NCBI RefSeq assembly: GCF_000195955.2
Contig: NC_000962.3
Span: 1,320,001 to 1,352,000, forward strand
DNA length: 32,000 nucleotides
Origin: Mycobacterium tuberculosis H37Rv
Lineage (GTDB): Bacteria; Actinomycetota; Actinomycetes; Mycobacteriales; Mycobacteriaceae
Direction: 5' to 3'
A program made the position numbers and the translations under genes. The notes below the pieces were generated by a model, which saw nothing but the letters and a program-made list of their open reading frames with translations, had not been told where the DNA came from and did no database searches. Shown in pieces: positions 11,022 through 19,348 of this stretch; the stretch's first letter is position 1, and every line of letters starts with the position of its first letter.

Positions 11022-12010
11022 TGGCCGGCTGGTTCGCGCACACGCTGCGCCCGGCAATGCTTGCCGCCGGCCGCTCGGATCGGCTGGGCCGCATCGTCGA
11101 GCGCTCGCCGCTCACCCGCGGGGTGGTGCGCCGGTTCGTGCCCGGCGACACGCTCGACGACGTGGTGGATATCGTTACCGCGCTGCGGGATTCGGGCCGC
11201 TACCTCAGCATCGACTACCTGGGCGAGAACGTCACCGATGCCGACGACGCTGCCGCCGCCGTGCGGGCGTACCTGGGGCTCTTGGACGTGCTGGGCCGCC
11301 GCGGCGATATCGCATGCGACGGGGTGCGACCGCTCGAGGTGTCGCTCAAGCTGTCGGCGCTCGGGCAGGCCCTCGATCGCGACGGCCAGAAGATCGCGCT
11401 GGACAACGCCCGCGCCATCTGTGAGCGGGCCGAGCGGGTGGGCGCCTGGGTCACGGTGGACGCCGAAGACCACACCACCACCGATTCCACATTGTCGATA
11501 TCGGGCGATTTGCGCGTCGACTTTCCTTGGCTGGGCACGGTTGTGCAGGCCTATCTGCGGCGCACGCTGGCCGATTGCGCGGAGTTGGCGGCCGTGGGCG
11601 CCCGAGTCCGGTTGTGCAAGGGCGCCTATGACGAACCCGCATCGGTGGCCTACCGAGACGCCGCGCAGGTCACCGACTCCTATCTGCGGTGCCTTCGGGT
11701 ATTGACGGCGGGGCGAGGCTATCCGATGGTGGCCACCCACGACCCGGTGATCATCGCGGCGGTACCGGGGATCACGCGCGAATCAGGGCGTAGTCAAGGT
11801 GATTTCGAATACCAGATGCTCTACGGCGTCCGCGACGACGAACAACGACGACTGACCGGCGCCGGTAACCACGTGCGGGTGTATGTGCCCTTCGGCACCC
11901 GGTGGTACGGGTATTTCCTGCGGCGGCTGGCCGAACGCCCGGCCAACCTGGCGTTCTTCCTGCGGGCGCTGACCGACCGCCGACGCGCGCGGGGGTGCGC
12001 CGAGCGCTGA
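11021..12010 (+). CDS. putA: Proline dehydrogenase PutA/PruB (Rv1188)
   Basis: 329 aa from 'MAGWFAHTLRPAM'; TIM-barrel PRODH motifs 'RLCKGAYDEP', 'YQMLYGVRDD', 'RVYVPFGTRWYGYFLRRLAERPAN'; start overlaps rocA stop by 1 nt (TGATG). Confidence 0.94.
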   Translation: MAGWFAHTLRPAMLAAGRSDRLGRIVERSPLTRGVVRRFVPGDTLDDVVDIVTALRDSGRYLSIDYLGENVTDADDAAAAVRAYLGLLDVLGRRGDIACDGVRPLEVSLKLSALGQALDRDGQKIALDNARAICERAERVGAWVTVDAEDHTTTDSTLSISGDLRVDFPWLGTVVQAYLRRTLADCAELAAVGARVRLCKGAYDEPASVAYRDAAQVTDSYLRCLRVLTAGRGYPMVATHDPVIIAAVPGITRESGRSQGDFEYQMLYGVRDDEQRRLTGAGNHVRVYVPFGTRWYGYFLRRLAERPANLAFFLRALTDRRRARGCAER

Positions 12011-12091
12011 AATCGCCGGTTGCTGTCACATTCGGCGGGGCTGTCTCGTCCTTGATGTTATGAATTCCAGCATGGGTCGGCGGGAGGACAC

Positions 12092-12964
12092 ATGTCGCAA
12101 CACGACCCGGTAAGTGCGGCCTGGCGGGCGCATCGGGCCTACCTGGTGGACCTCGCGTTTCGTATGGTAGGTGACATCGGCGTGGCCGAAGACATGGTGC
12201 AAGAGGCATTTTCCCGCTTGCTGCGGGCTCCGGTCGGCGACATCGACGACGAGCGTGGCTGGCTGATCGTGGTCACCAGCCGGCTGTGCCTGGATCACAT
12301 CAAGTCGGCGTCGACACGCCGGGAGCGCCCGCAGGACATCGCCGCATGGCACGACGGTGACGCCAGCGTGTCATCGGTTGACCCGGCTGACCGGGTGACT
12401 CTCGACGACGAGGTCCGGCTGGCTTTGCTGATCATGCTCGAGCGCCTCGGCCCCGCGGAGCGGGTGGTGTTCGTGCTGCACGAGATCTTTGGGCTGCCCT
12501 ACCAGCAAATCGCCACGACGATTGGCAGCCAGGCCTCCACATGCCGGCAGCTGGCTCATCGGGCCCGTCGCAAGATCAACGAATCGCGCATTGCGGCCAG
12601 CGTGGAGCCAGCCCAGCATCGCGTCGTCACCAGAGCTTTCATCGAAGCCTGCTCCAACGGAGACCTGGACACCCTGCTCGAGGTGCTGGATCCGGGTGTC
12701 GCCGGCGAGATCGACGCCCGCAAAGGCGTTGTCGTCGTGGGCGCGGATCGGGTTGGCCCGACCATCCTGCGCCACTGGAGTCACCCCGCCACCGTCCTGG
12801 TAGCCCAGCCGGTGTGCGGTCAACCGGCGGTGCTGGCCTTTGTCAACCGAGCGCTTGCCGGCGTGTTGGCCCTGTCGATCGAGGCCGGCAAGATCACAAA
12901 AATCCATGTCTTAGTGCAGCCTTCAACATTGGACCCGTTACGGGCCGAACTCGGCGGCGGTTAG
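12092..12964 (+). CDS. sigI: ECF sigma factor SigI with C-terminal SnoaL/NTF2-like extension (Rv1189)
   Basis: 290 aa; sigma2 'RAYLVDLAFRMVGDIGVAEDMVQEAFSRLLR', sigma4 'VFVLHEIFGLPYQQIATTIGSQASTCRQLAHRARRKI'; additional ~100 aa C-terminal domain. RBS-like GGGAGGA upstream. Confidence 0.93.
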   Translation: MSQHDPVSAAWRAHRAYLVDLAFRMVGDIGVAEDMVQEAFSRLLRAPVGDIDDERGWLIVVTSRLCLDHIKSASTRRERPQDIAAWHDGDASVSSVDPADRVTLDDEVRLALLIMLERLGPAERVVFVLHEIFGLPYQQIATTIGSQASTCRQLAHRARRKINESRIAASVEPAQHRVVTRAFIEACSNGDLDTLLEVLDPGVAGEIDARKGVVVVGADRVGPTILRHWSHPATVLVAQPVCGQPAVLAFVNRALAGVLALSIEAGKITKIHVLVQPSTLDPLRAELGGG

Positions 12965-12985
12965 TTAGGTATCGGAGGTATGACC

Positions 12986-13858
12986 ATGAAATCACTTGCC
13001 GCGCTTGACCGGCCGAGCTGGTTGTCATCGTCGGCGTGGCCCTGGCAGCCCTACCTGCTGAGCCACCATCAGGGCGGCATCGCGGTTACCGATATCGGCG
13101 ACGGGCCGGCGGTGCTGTTCGTTCACGTCGGCAGCTGGAGCTTTGTCTGGCGTGACGTGTTGTTGCGTCTAGCCAACGATTTTCGGTGTGTTGCCATCGA
13201 CGCACCGGGTTGTGGGCTCAGCGACCGGCTCTCAACCCCGCCAACACTTGCCCAGGCGGCCGATGCAATCACCTCGGTCATTGATGCGCTGCAGTTACGT
13301 GACCTCACCCTGGTAGCCCACGACCTGGGCGGCCCGGCCGGCTTCCTGGCCGCCGCCCGTCGCGGCGACCGCGTCGCGGCACTGGCCGCGGTCAACTGCT
13401 TCGCATGGCGGCCCACGGGTCCGCTGTTCCGGGGCATGCTCGCGGCGATGGGCAGCGCCCCCGTGCGTGAACTGGACGCGGCCATCAATGCGCTTGCCCG
13501 CGCGACGTCGACGCGGTTCGGGGCCGGTCGGCACTGGAGCCGCGCAGACCGCGCGGCTTTTCGGGCGGGAATCGATGCGCCGGCCCGCAGGGCGTGGCAT
13601 GCCTACTTCCGCGATGCGCGCCGTGCCCATGCCCTCTATACCGACGTCGACGCCGCGTTGCGGGGGGGTCTGGCCGATCGGCCACTGCTGACCATCTTCG
13701 GTCAGTTCAACGATCCGCTGCGGTTTCAGCCGCGCTGGAAAGAGTTGTTTCCGACGGCACGCCAACTGCAGGTCCGCCGGGGCAACCACTTTCCCATGTG
13801 TGACGACCCAGACCTGGTGGCCGGGGCACTCACGTCTTTCGTGCAACGGTCAACGTGA
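12986..13858 (+). CDS. Alpha/beta hydrolase with Asp nucleophile (Rv1190; haloalkane dehalogenase/epoxide hydrolase-like); the track start is 12980
   Basis: 'VAHDLGGPAGFLA' nucleophile region, 'GNHFPMCDDPD' catalytic-His region; GGAGG at 12974-12978 fits initiation at ATG 12986 better than ATG 12980. Confidence 0.85.
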   Translation: MKSLAALDRPSWLSSSAWPWQPYLLSHHQGGIAVTDIGDGPAVLFVHVGSWSFVWRDVLLRLANDFRCVAIDAPGCGLSDRLSTPPTLAQAADAITSVIDALQLRDLTLVAHDLGGPAGFLAAARRGDRVAALAAVNCFAWRPTGPLFRGMLAAMGSAPVRELDAAINALARATSTRFGAGRHWSRADRAAFRAGIDAPARRAWHAYFRDARRAHALYTDVDAALRGGLADRPLLTIFGQFNDPLRFQPRWKELFPTARQLQVRRGNHFPMCDDPDLVAGALTSFVQRST

Positions 13859-13930
13859 GCCGCCGACTGCCGTCACACCTGGTACACCTTGCGGTTTGCC
13901 GCCGCGCCGCCACATGCCAAGCTACTCGCC

Positions 13931-14845
13931 ATGGCCGTCGCTATTGCCCGTCCGAAATTGGAAGGAAACATCGCCGTCGGCGAGGACCGCCGGATCGGCT
14001 TCGCCGAGTTCGGCGCCCCGCAGGGTCGTGCGGTCTTCTGGCTGCATGGCACCCCAGGGGCCCGGCGGCAGATCCCGACCGAAGCCCGGGTCTACGCCGA
14101 GCACCACAATATTCGTCTGATTGGCGTCGATCGGCCCGGCATCGGCGCCTCGACGCCGCATCAGTACGAAACCATCTTGGCGTTCGCCGACGATCTGCGG
14201 ACCATCGCCGACACGCTCGGCATCGACAAGATGGCCGTGGTGGGCCTGTCGGGCGGGGGCCCATACACCCTGGCGTGCGCCGCCGGGCTGCCCGACCGGG
14301 TGGTCGCCGCCGGTGTCCTCGGCGGCGTCGCGCCGACGCGCGGCCCGGACGCGATTAGCGGCGGTTTGATGCGCCTTGGTTCGGCGGTGGCGCCGCTGCT
14401 GCAGGTGGGCGGCACCCCGCTGCGGCTGGGTGCGAGCTTGCTGATCCGGGCGGCCCGGCCCGTCGCGTCCCCTGCCCTCGACCTGTATGGCCTGCTCTCA
14501 CCGCGGGCCGACCGGCATTTGCTGGCTCGGCCCGAGTTCAAGGCGATGTTCCTCGACGATCTGCTCAACGGTAGTCGCAAGCAGCTCGCTGCGCCGTTCG
14601 CCGATGTCATCGCCTTTGCCCGCGACTGGGGATTCCGGCTGGACGAGGTGAAAGTCCCCGTCCGCTGGTGGCACGGAGACCACGACCACATCGTCCCGTT
14701 CTCCCACGGGGAACACGTCGTATCCCGGCTTCCCGACGCGAAGTTGTTGCACTTGCCCGGCGAAAGTCATCTCGCTGGGCTTGGCCGTGGTGAAGAGATT
14801 TTGAGCACCCTGATGCAGATTTGGGACCGCGACCTGCGGAAATGA
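13931..14845 (+). CDS. Alpha/beta hydrolase (Rv1191)
   Basis: 304 aa from 'MAVAIARPKLEGN'; nucleophile elbow 'VVGLSGGGPY', 'FWLHGTPGAR', 'WWHGDHDHIVPFSHGEHV'. Confidence 0.85.
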   Translation: MAVAIARPKLEGNIAVGEDRRIGFAEFGAPQGRAVFWLHGTPGARRQIPTEARVYAEHHNIRLIGVDRPGIGASTPHQYETILAFADDLRTIADTLGIDKMAVVGLSGGGPYTLACAAGLPDRVVAAGVLGGVAPTRGPDAISGGLMRLGSAVAPLLQVGGTPLRLGASLLIRAARPVASPALDLYGLLSPRADRHLLARPEFKAMFLDDLLNGSRKQLAAPFADVIAFARDWGFRLDEVKVPVRWWHGDHDHIVPFSHGEHVVSRLPDAKLLHLPGESHLAGLGRGEEILSTLMQIWDRDLRK

Positions 14846-14926
14846 TCGGGCGTGTGACCGAGCTCGCATGGGCGGGCCGCACTGCTTTGCATCGCCATTT
14901 GTGCCTATTGACGGCCTTAATATGAC

Positions 14927-15754
14927 ATGCTGTTGCCTGTGTTAGAGCCCGCTGACCGCCCCTGTGATGCCCCCGGATGGTTTCTCTACCTCACCGACAT
15001 ACCGCGCGCGGGTGTCGAGTACGGGCAATTGCTCGCCGTGCTGCCGCTGCAGCGGATGCTGCCGGCCGGCGACGGACATCCGGTACTGGTGCTACCTGGC
15101 CTGCTGGCCGGCGACGGTTCCACCTGGATCCTGCGACGGATCTTGCGTCGCCTCGGGTACGCGGCCTACGGCTGGGGGCTCGGCCGCAACATCGGGCCGA
15201 CGGCCAAAGCGGTATCCGGGATGCGGGACCTCCTCGACAAGCTCCACTCCCGGTACCACACCCCGGTGAGCCTGATTGGGTGGAGCCTGGGTGGCATCTT
15301 CGCGCGCGGCCTCGCCCGCGACCATCCGTCGGCGGTGCGCCAGGTGATCACACTGGGCAGCCCGTTTGGCATGAGGGACACCTGTGAGACGCGCTCCGCG
15401 TGGAGCTTCAACCGGTATGCGCATCTGCACACCGAGCGGCACGAGTTGCCGCTGGAAATGGAAAGTGAACCTTTGCCGGTGCCGACCACCGCGATCTACT
15501 CGCGCTGCGACGGCATGGTCGCCTGGCAGACGTGCATGAATTCGCCATCGGAGCGCGCGGAAAACATCGCGGTGCGCAGCAGCCACATCGGCTACGGCCA
15601 CAATCCGCCGGTGGTGTGGGCCATCGCCGACCGGCTGGCACAGCCCCAGGGTGCATGGGCGCCGTTTCGGCCGCCGAAGGTGTTGAGCCCGCTGTTTCCG
15701 CGACCGGATACACCGGCAGAGGCGGTCAGCACCCCCCAGACGCGACCGGCCTGA
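14927..15754 (+). CDS. Alpha/beta hydrolase, lipase-like (Rv1192)
   Basis: 275 aa; 'VLVLPGLLAGDGSTW', nucleophile elbow 'LIGWSLGGIFARGLA', 'YSRCDGMVAWQTC', 'SSHIGYGHNPPV'. Confidence 0.85.
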   Translation: MLLPVLEPADRPCDAPGWFLYLTDIPRAGVEYGQLLAVLPLQRMLPAGDGHPVLVLPGLLAGDGSTWILRRILRRLGYAAYGWGLGRNIGPTAKAVSGMRDLLDKLHSRYHTPVSLIGWSLGGIFARGLARDHPSAVRQVITLGSPFGMRDTCETRSAWSFNRYAHLHTERHELPLEMESEPLPVPTTAIYSRCDGMVAWQTCMNSPSERAENIAVRSSHIGYGHNPPVVWAIADRLAQPQGAWAPFRPPKVLSPLFPRPDTPAEAVSTPQTRPA

Positions 15755-15793
15755 CGGGGCAGGCGATCACGGCGCCGGGGTAGCCTCGCTCAC

Positions 15794-17215
15794 GTGCTGC
15801 TGGCCTCCCTGAATCCTGCTGTCGTCTCCGCCGCCGATATCGCGGACGCGGTCCGCATCGACGGCGACGTGCTGAGCCGTAGCGACCTGGTCGGCGCGGC
15901 AACGTCGGTGGCCGAGCGGGTCGCCGGTGCGCACCGGGTCGCCGTGCTGGCCACGCCGACCGCGTCGACGGTGCTGGCGATCACCGGCTGCCTGATCGCC
16001 GGCGTGCCGGTTGTGCCGGTACCCGCCGATGTGGGCGTCACCGAACGCCGGCACATGCTCACCGACTCCGGCGTCCAGGCATGGCTGGGCCCGTTGCCCG
16101 ACGACCCAGCGGGGCTGCCACACATCCCGGTGCGCACGCACGCGCGGTCCTGGCACCGTTATCCGGAGCCCTCACCCGGGGCCATCGCCATGGTGGTCTA
16201 CACGTCCGGCACCACCGGGCCGCCCAAAGGCGTGCAGCTGAGCCGGCGGGCGATCGCCGCCGACCTCGATGCATTGGCAGAGGCCTGGCAGTGGACGGCC
16301 GAGGACGTGCTGGTCCACGGTCTGCCGCTGTATCACGTTCACGGCCTGGTGCTGGGCTTGCTCGGGTCGCTGCGGTTCGGAAATCGCTTCGTGCACACCG
16401 GTAAACCAACGCCGGCCGGCTACGCCCAGGCCTGTTATGAAGCGCACGGCACGTTGTTTTTTGGGGTGCCGACGGTGTGGTCACGAGTGGCGGCCGACCA
16501 AGCTGCCGCCGGGGCGCTCAAACCGGCGCGGCTGCTGGTGTCCGGGAGTGCGGCACTACCCGTGCCGGTGTTCGACAAGCTGGTGCAGCTCACCGGGCAC
16601 CGGCCCGTCGAACGCTACGGTGCTTCGGAGTCGCTGATCACCCTATCGACGCGGGCTGACGGTGAGCGTCGCCCGGGCTGGGTCGGCCTGCCGCTGGCCG
16701 GTGTGCAGACCCGACTGGTGGACGACGATGGCGGTGAGGTCCCGCACGACGGGGAAACCGTTGGAAAGCTTCAGGTTCGCGGTCCGACCCTGTTCGACGG
16801 CTACCTGAATCAACCCGATGCCACCGCCGCGGCGTTCGACGCCGACAGCTGGTACCGCACCGGCGACGTCGCGGTGGTCGACGGCAGTGGGATGCACCGC
16901 ATCGTGGGACGCGAGTCGGTCGACTTGATCAAGTCGGGTGGATACCGGGTCGGCGCCGGTGAAATTGAAACGGTGCTGCTCGGGCATCCGGACGTGGCGG
17001 AGGCGGCAGTCGTCGGGGTGCCCGACGATGATCTAGGCCAGCGGATCGTTGCCTACGTAGTCGGCTCAGCGAATGTCGATGCGGACGGGCTTATCAACTT
17101 TGTTGCCCAACAACTTTCGGTGCACAAGCGCCCGCGCGAGGTGCGTATCGTAGATGCGCTGCCGCGCAACGCGTTGGGGAAAGTGCTCAAGAAGCAGTTG
17201 CTGTCAGAAGGCTGA
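15794..17215 (+). CDS. fadD36: Acyl-CoA synthetase FadD36 (Rv1193), with malonyl-CoA synthetase (MatB)-like motifs
   Basis: 473 aa from GTG; 'AMVVYTSGTTGPPKGVQLSRRA', 'GLPLYHVHGLVLGLLGSLRFGNRF', 'YRTGDVAVVD', 'LIKSGGYRVGAGEIE'. Confidence 0.93.
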   Translation: MLLASLNPAVVSAADIADAVRIDGDVLSRSDLVGAATSVAERVAGAHRVAVLATPTASTVLAITGCLIAGVPVVPVPADVGVTERRHMLTDSGVQAWLGPLPDDPAGLPHIPVRTHARSWHRYPEPSPGAIAMVVYTSGTTGPPKGVQLSRRAIAADLDALAEAWQWTAEDVLVHGLPLYHVHGLVLGLLGSLRFGNRFVHTGKPTPAGYAQACYEAHGTLFFGVPTVWSRVAADQAAAGALKPARLLVSGSAALPVPVFDKLVQLTGHRPVERYGASESLITLSTRADGERRPGWVGLPLAGVQTRLVDDDGGEVPHDGETVGKLQVRGPTLFDGYLNQPDATAAAFDADSWYRTGDVAVVDGSGMHRIVGRESVDLIKSGGYRVGAGEIETVLLGHPDVAEAAVVGVPDDDLGQRIVAYVVGSANVDADGLINFVAQQLSVHKRPREVRIVDALPRNALGKVLKKQLLSEG

Positions 17216-17247
17216 GCTACGGCGAATTATCGTGTACCGCTGGACAG

Positions 17248-18513
17248 TTACGCTGGCACACTGTTACTCCGACGGCCCGGTGAGCTTAGCGCATGGGCCT
17301 TGTTGCCGCGCCACTGTAGGGCTTCCAGGGCGACGGCCACATGGACGGAGGTGTGGTCGAGCGGTCGCGGTAGCAGCCGCTGAGCGGACTCGAGTCTGCG
17401 CAGAAATGTATTGCGGTGAGTGTGGAGACGTTTTGCGGCCCGGGAGGCGTTGCACTGCTCGTTGATGAAGGTCAGCAGGGCCGTTTGTAGATCTGGGCTG
17501 GCAGACTCGAGGTCTCCAAGCGTACTCGTGATGAATTCGCTTGCAGCATCTGGATTTTGGCTGATCAATGCGACCATCTTAACGTCGGCAAAGAAGGCGA
17601 CCCGCTGGGTCGACCGTAGCCGTGACAAGGTGCGCTGGGTGATGAGCGCTTCGAGGTGGCTGCGCCGGAACCCCTCCACCCCGTTGGCGGTGGTCCCGAT
17701 GGCGATGCGCGCCCCGGGTGCGTTGTCCACCGCCGCCTGCACTGTGTCGATGTCGAGTCCGTCGGCGTCGGTCACCCACGCCCAGCGGCTCGCCGCCCCG
17801 GCGACCACCGTCAGCGGTCGTGTCGATCCCACGGCGTGGCAGAACAGATCAGCCGCCCGGTCGAGGTAGCTGTGGTCACCGTCGAGCTCGTCGCTCCAGA
17901 TGATGGCAGCGGTATGGGCACGACTCAGCGGGTAGCCCAATTTCGCTTCGGCCCGTTCGGGGCTGATAGGGGCGCCATCGAGAATCAGCCCGACGACCTC
18001 GAGGCGTTCGGCATGGGTGCTGCGGGTCAGTTCGTCGTGTTCCGACTGCACTTGCGCGGCGATACCGGTCAGCGTGGCCTCGATGAAGTCGTTGACGGAG
18101 CGGGCCGACACGTCTAGCAGCTCGCGCAGCTCTTGGGGGTCGGAAGTGAGTTCGAACGCAATCCCCATCCAGAACCGCCACCCGATGTGCTCACCGGTTC
18201 GATAGATGTTGAACGCTACTGTGTCCAGCCCCCGGCGCACCAGGTCTCGGGCCATCCGCAGTGGCTCGGTGCCGAGATTGGCGGGCACCCGAGCACCAGG
18301 GTCACGCAGGTTGGCCGCAGCCCAGTACACCAGGTTGGCGCGATTGGCCGTCTGGACAACCTTCGCAAGCACCGGATCGTTGGCGATCGCCGGATTGGCC
18401 GCAATCGTGGCACGGTCCAGTTCCTCGATCCACTCCGGGCTGGGATTGAGGGCGATGCGTGCTCCCTCGCGGATCAGCTCACGAATTCGCGGCGAAGGTT
18501 GTTGCCATGCCAC
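17248..18513 (-). CDS. PucR/CdaR-type transcriptional regulator (Rv1194c)
   Basis: 421 aa; C-terminal HTH 'LLTFINEQCNASRAAKRLHTHRNTFLRRLESAQRLL'. Confidence 0.83.
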   Translation of the reverse strand: MAWQQPSPRIRELIREGARIALNPSPEWIEELDRATIAANPAIANDPVLAKVVQTANRANLVYWAAANLRDPGARVPANLGTEPLRMARDLVRRGLDTVAFNIYRTGEHIGWRFWMGIAFELTSDPQELRELLDVSARSVNDFIEATLTGIAAQVQSEHDELTRSTHAERLEVVGLILDGAPISPERAEAKLGYPLSRAHTAAIIWSDELDGDHSYLDRAADLFCHAVGSTRPLTVVAGAASRWAWVTDADGLDIDTVQAAVDNAPGARIAIGTTANGVEGFRRSHLEALITQRTLSRLRSTQRVAFFADVKMVALISQNPDAASEFITSTLGDLESASPDLQTALLTFINEQCNASRAAKRLHTHRNTFLRRLESAQRLLPRPLDHTSVHVAVALEALQWRGNKAHALSSPGRRSNSVPA

Positions 18514-18535
18514 GCGCCGATCTTAGGGCCAGCGG

Positions 18536-18548
18536 GTGCAATTTGCAC
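18536..18548. promoter_or_regulatory. Operator-like palindrome GTGCA-ATT-TGCAC (site 1)
   Basis: 13-bp inverted repeat read directly, 22 bp upstream of the Rv1194c start codon. Confidence 0.5.
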
Positions 18549-18658
18549 ACTATGTTGGCACTATTGTGCCGGATTCACACTGCACGGCCGGTGTGTGCGC
18601 GAAATCACGGTGTGGGTCTGCTGGATGAGTCGACCGTGTTGAACAACTTGCGACACAC

Positions 18659-18669
18659 CGCAATTTGCG
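18659..18669. promoter_or_regulatory. Degenerate operator-like palindrome CGCA-ATT-TGCG (site 2)
   Basis: Shares core GCAATTTGC with site 1. Confidence 0.35.
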
Positions 18670-18747
18670 AAATCCGCCACCGACCGGGCATAGTAACCCA
18701 GCTAGTCGTCGTTGTCGCGTCGAACCACATGGTGAACTGTGCGGCGG

Positions 18748-18760
18748 GTGCATTTTGCAC
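18748..18760. promoter_or_regulatory. Operator-like palindrome GTGCA-TTT-TGCAC (site 3)
   Basis: Same arms as site 1; shared flank GCGGGTGCA[A/T]TTTGCACA. Confidence 0.5.
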
Positions 18761-18809
18761 ATCAAGTGGGCGCTGATTGGGAAGATTTACCCTTCGGCGG
18801 CGGCGGTAG

Positions 18810-18822
18810 GTGCAGATTGCAC
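18810..18822. promoter_or_regulatory. Operator-like palindrome GTGCA-GAT-TGCAC (site 4)
   Basis: Same 5-bp arms and 3-bp spacer as sites 1 and 3. Confidence 0.45.
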
Positions 18823-19002
18823 TTTGGCTCATGCTGATTGAAATTTTTTGACCTGTTGCGGTCCTTGCGGGCTCGCCATCATTGGCGGCAGTTCGTCACC
18901 GACGAATCGGGGCCAAGGACGTAGGCGACCAGTTCGCTTGACTGCTAACCGCTCCTGATCGTACCCGTGCGAGTGCTCGGGCCGTTTGAGGATGGAGTGC
19001 AC

Positions 19003-19302
19003 GTGTCTTTCGTGATGGCATACCCAGAGATGTTGGCGGCGGCGGCTGACACCCTGCAGAGCATCGGTGCTACCACTGTGGCTAGCAATGCCGCTGCGGC
19101 GGCCCCGACGACTGGGGTGGTGCCCCCCGCTGCCGATGAGGTGTCGGCGCTGACTGCGGCGCACTTCGCCGCACATGCGGCGATGTATCAGTCCGTGAGC
19201 GCTCGGGCTGCTGCGATTCATGACCAGTTCGTGGCCACCCTTGCCAGCAGCGCCAGCTCGTATGCGGCCACTGAAGTCGCCAATGCGGCGGCGGCCAGCT
19301 AA
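19003..19302 (+). CDS. PE13: PE family protein PE13 (Rv1195)
   Basis: 99 aa from GTG 'MSFVMAYPEMLAAAADTLQSIG' (start read as Met); C-terminal YxxxE secretion-type motif 'YAATE'; followed by a PPE gene. Confidence 0.94.
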   Translation: MSFVMAYPEMLAAAADTLQSIGATTVASNAAAAAPTTGVVPPAADEVSALTAAHFAAHAAMYQSVSARAAAIHDQFVATLASSASSYAATEVANAAAAS

Positions 19303-19348
19303 GCCAGGAACAGTCGGCACGAGAAACCACGAGAAATAGGGACACGTA

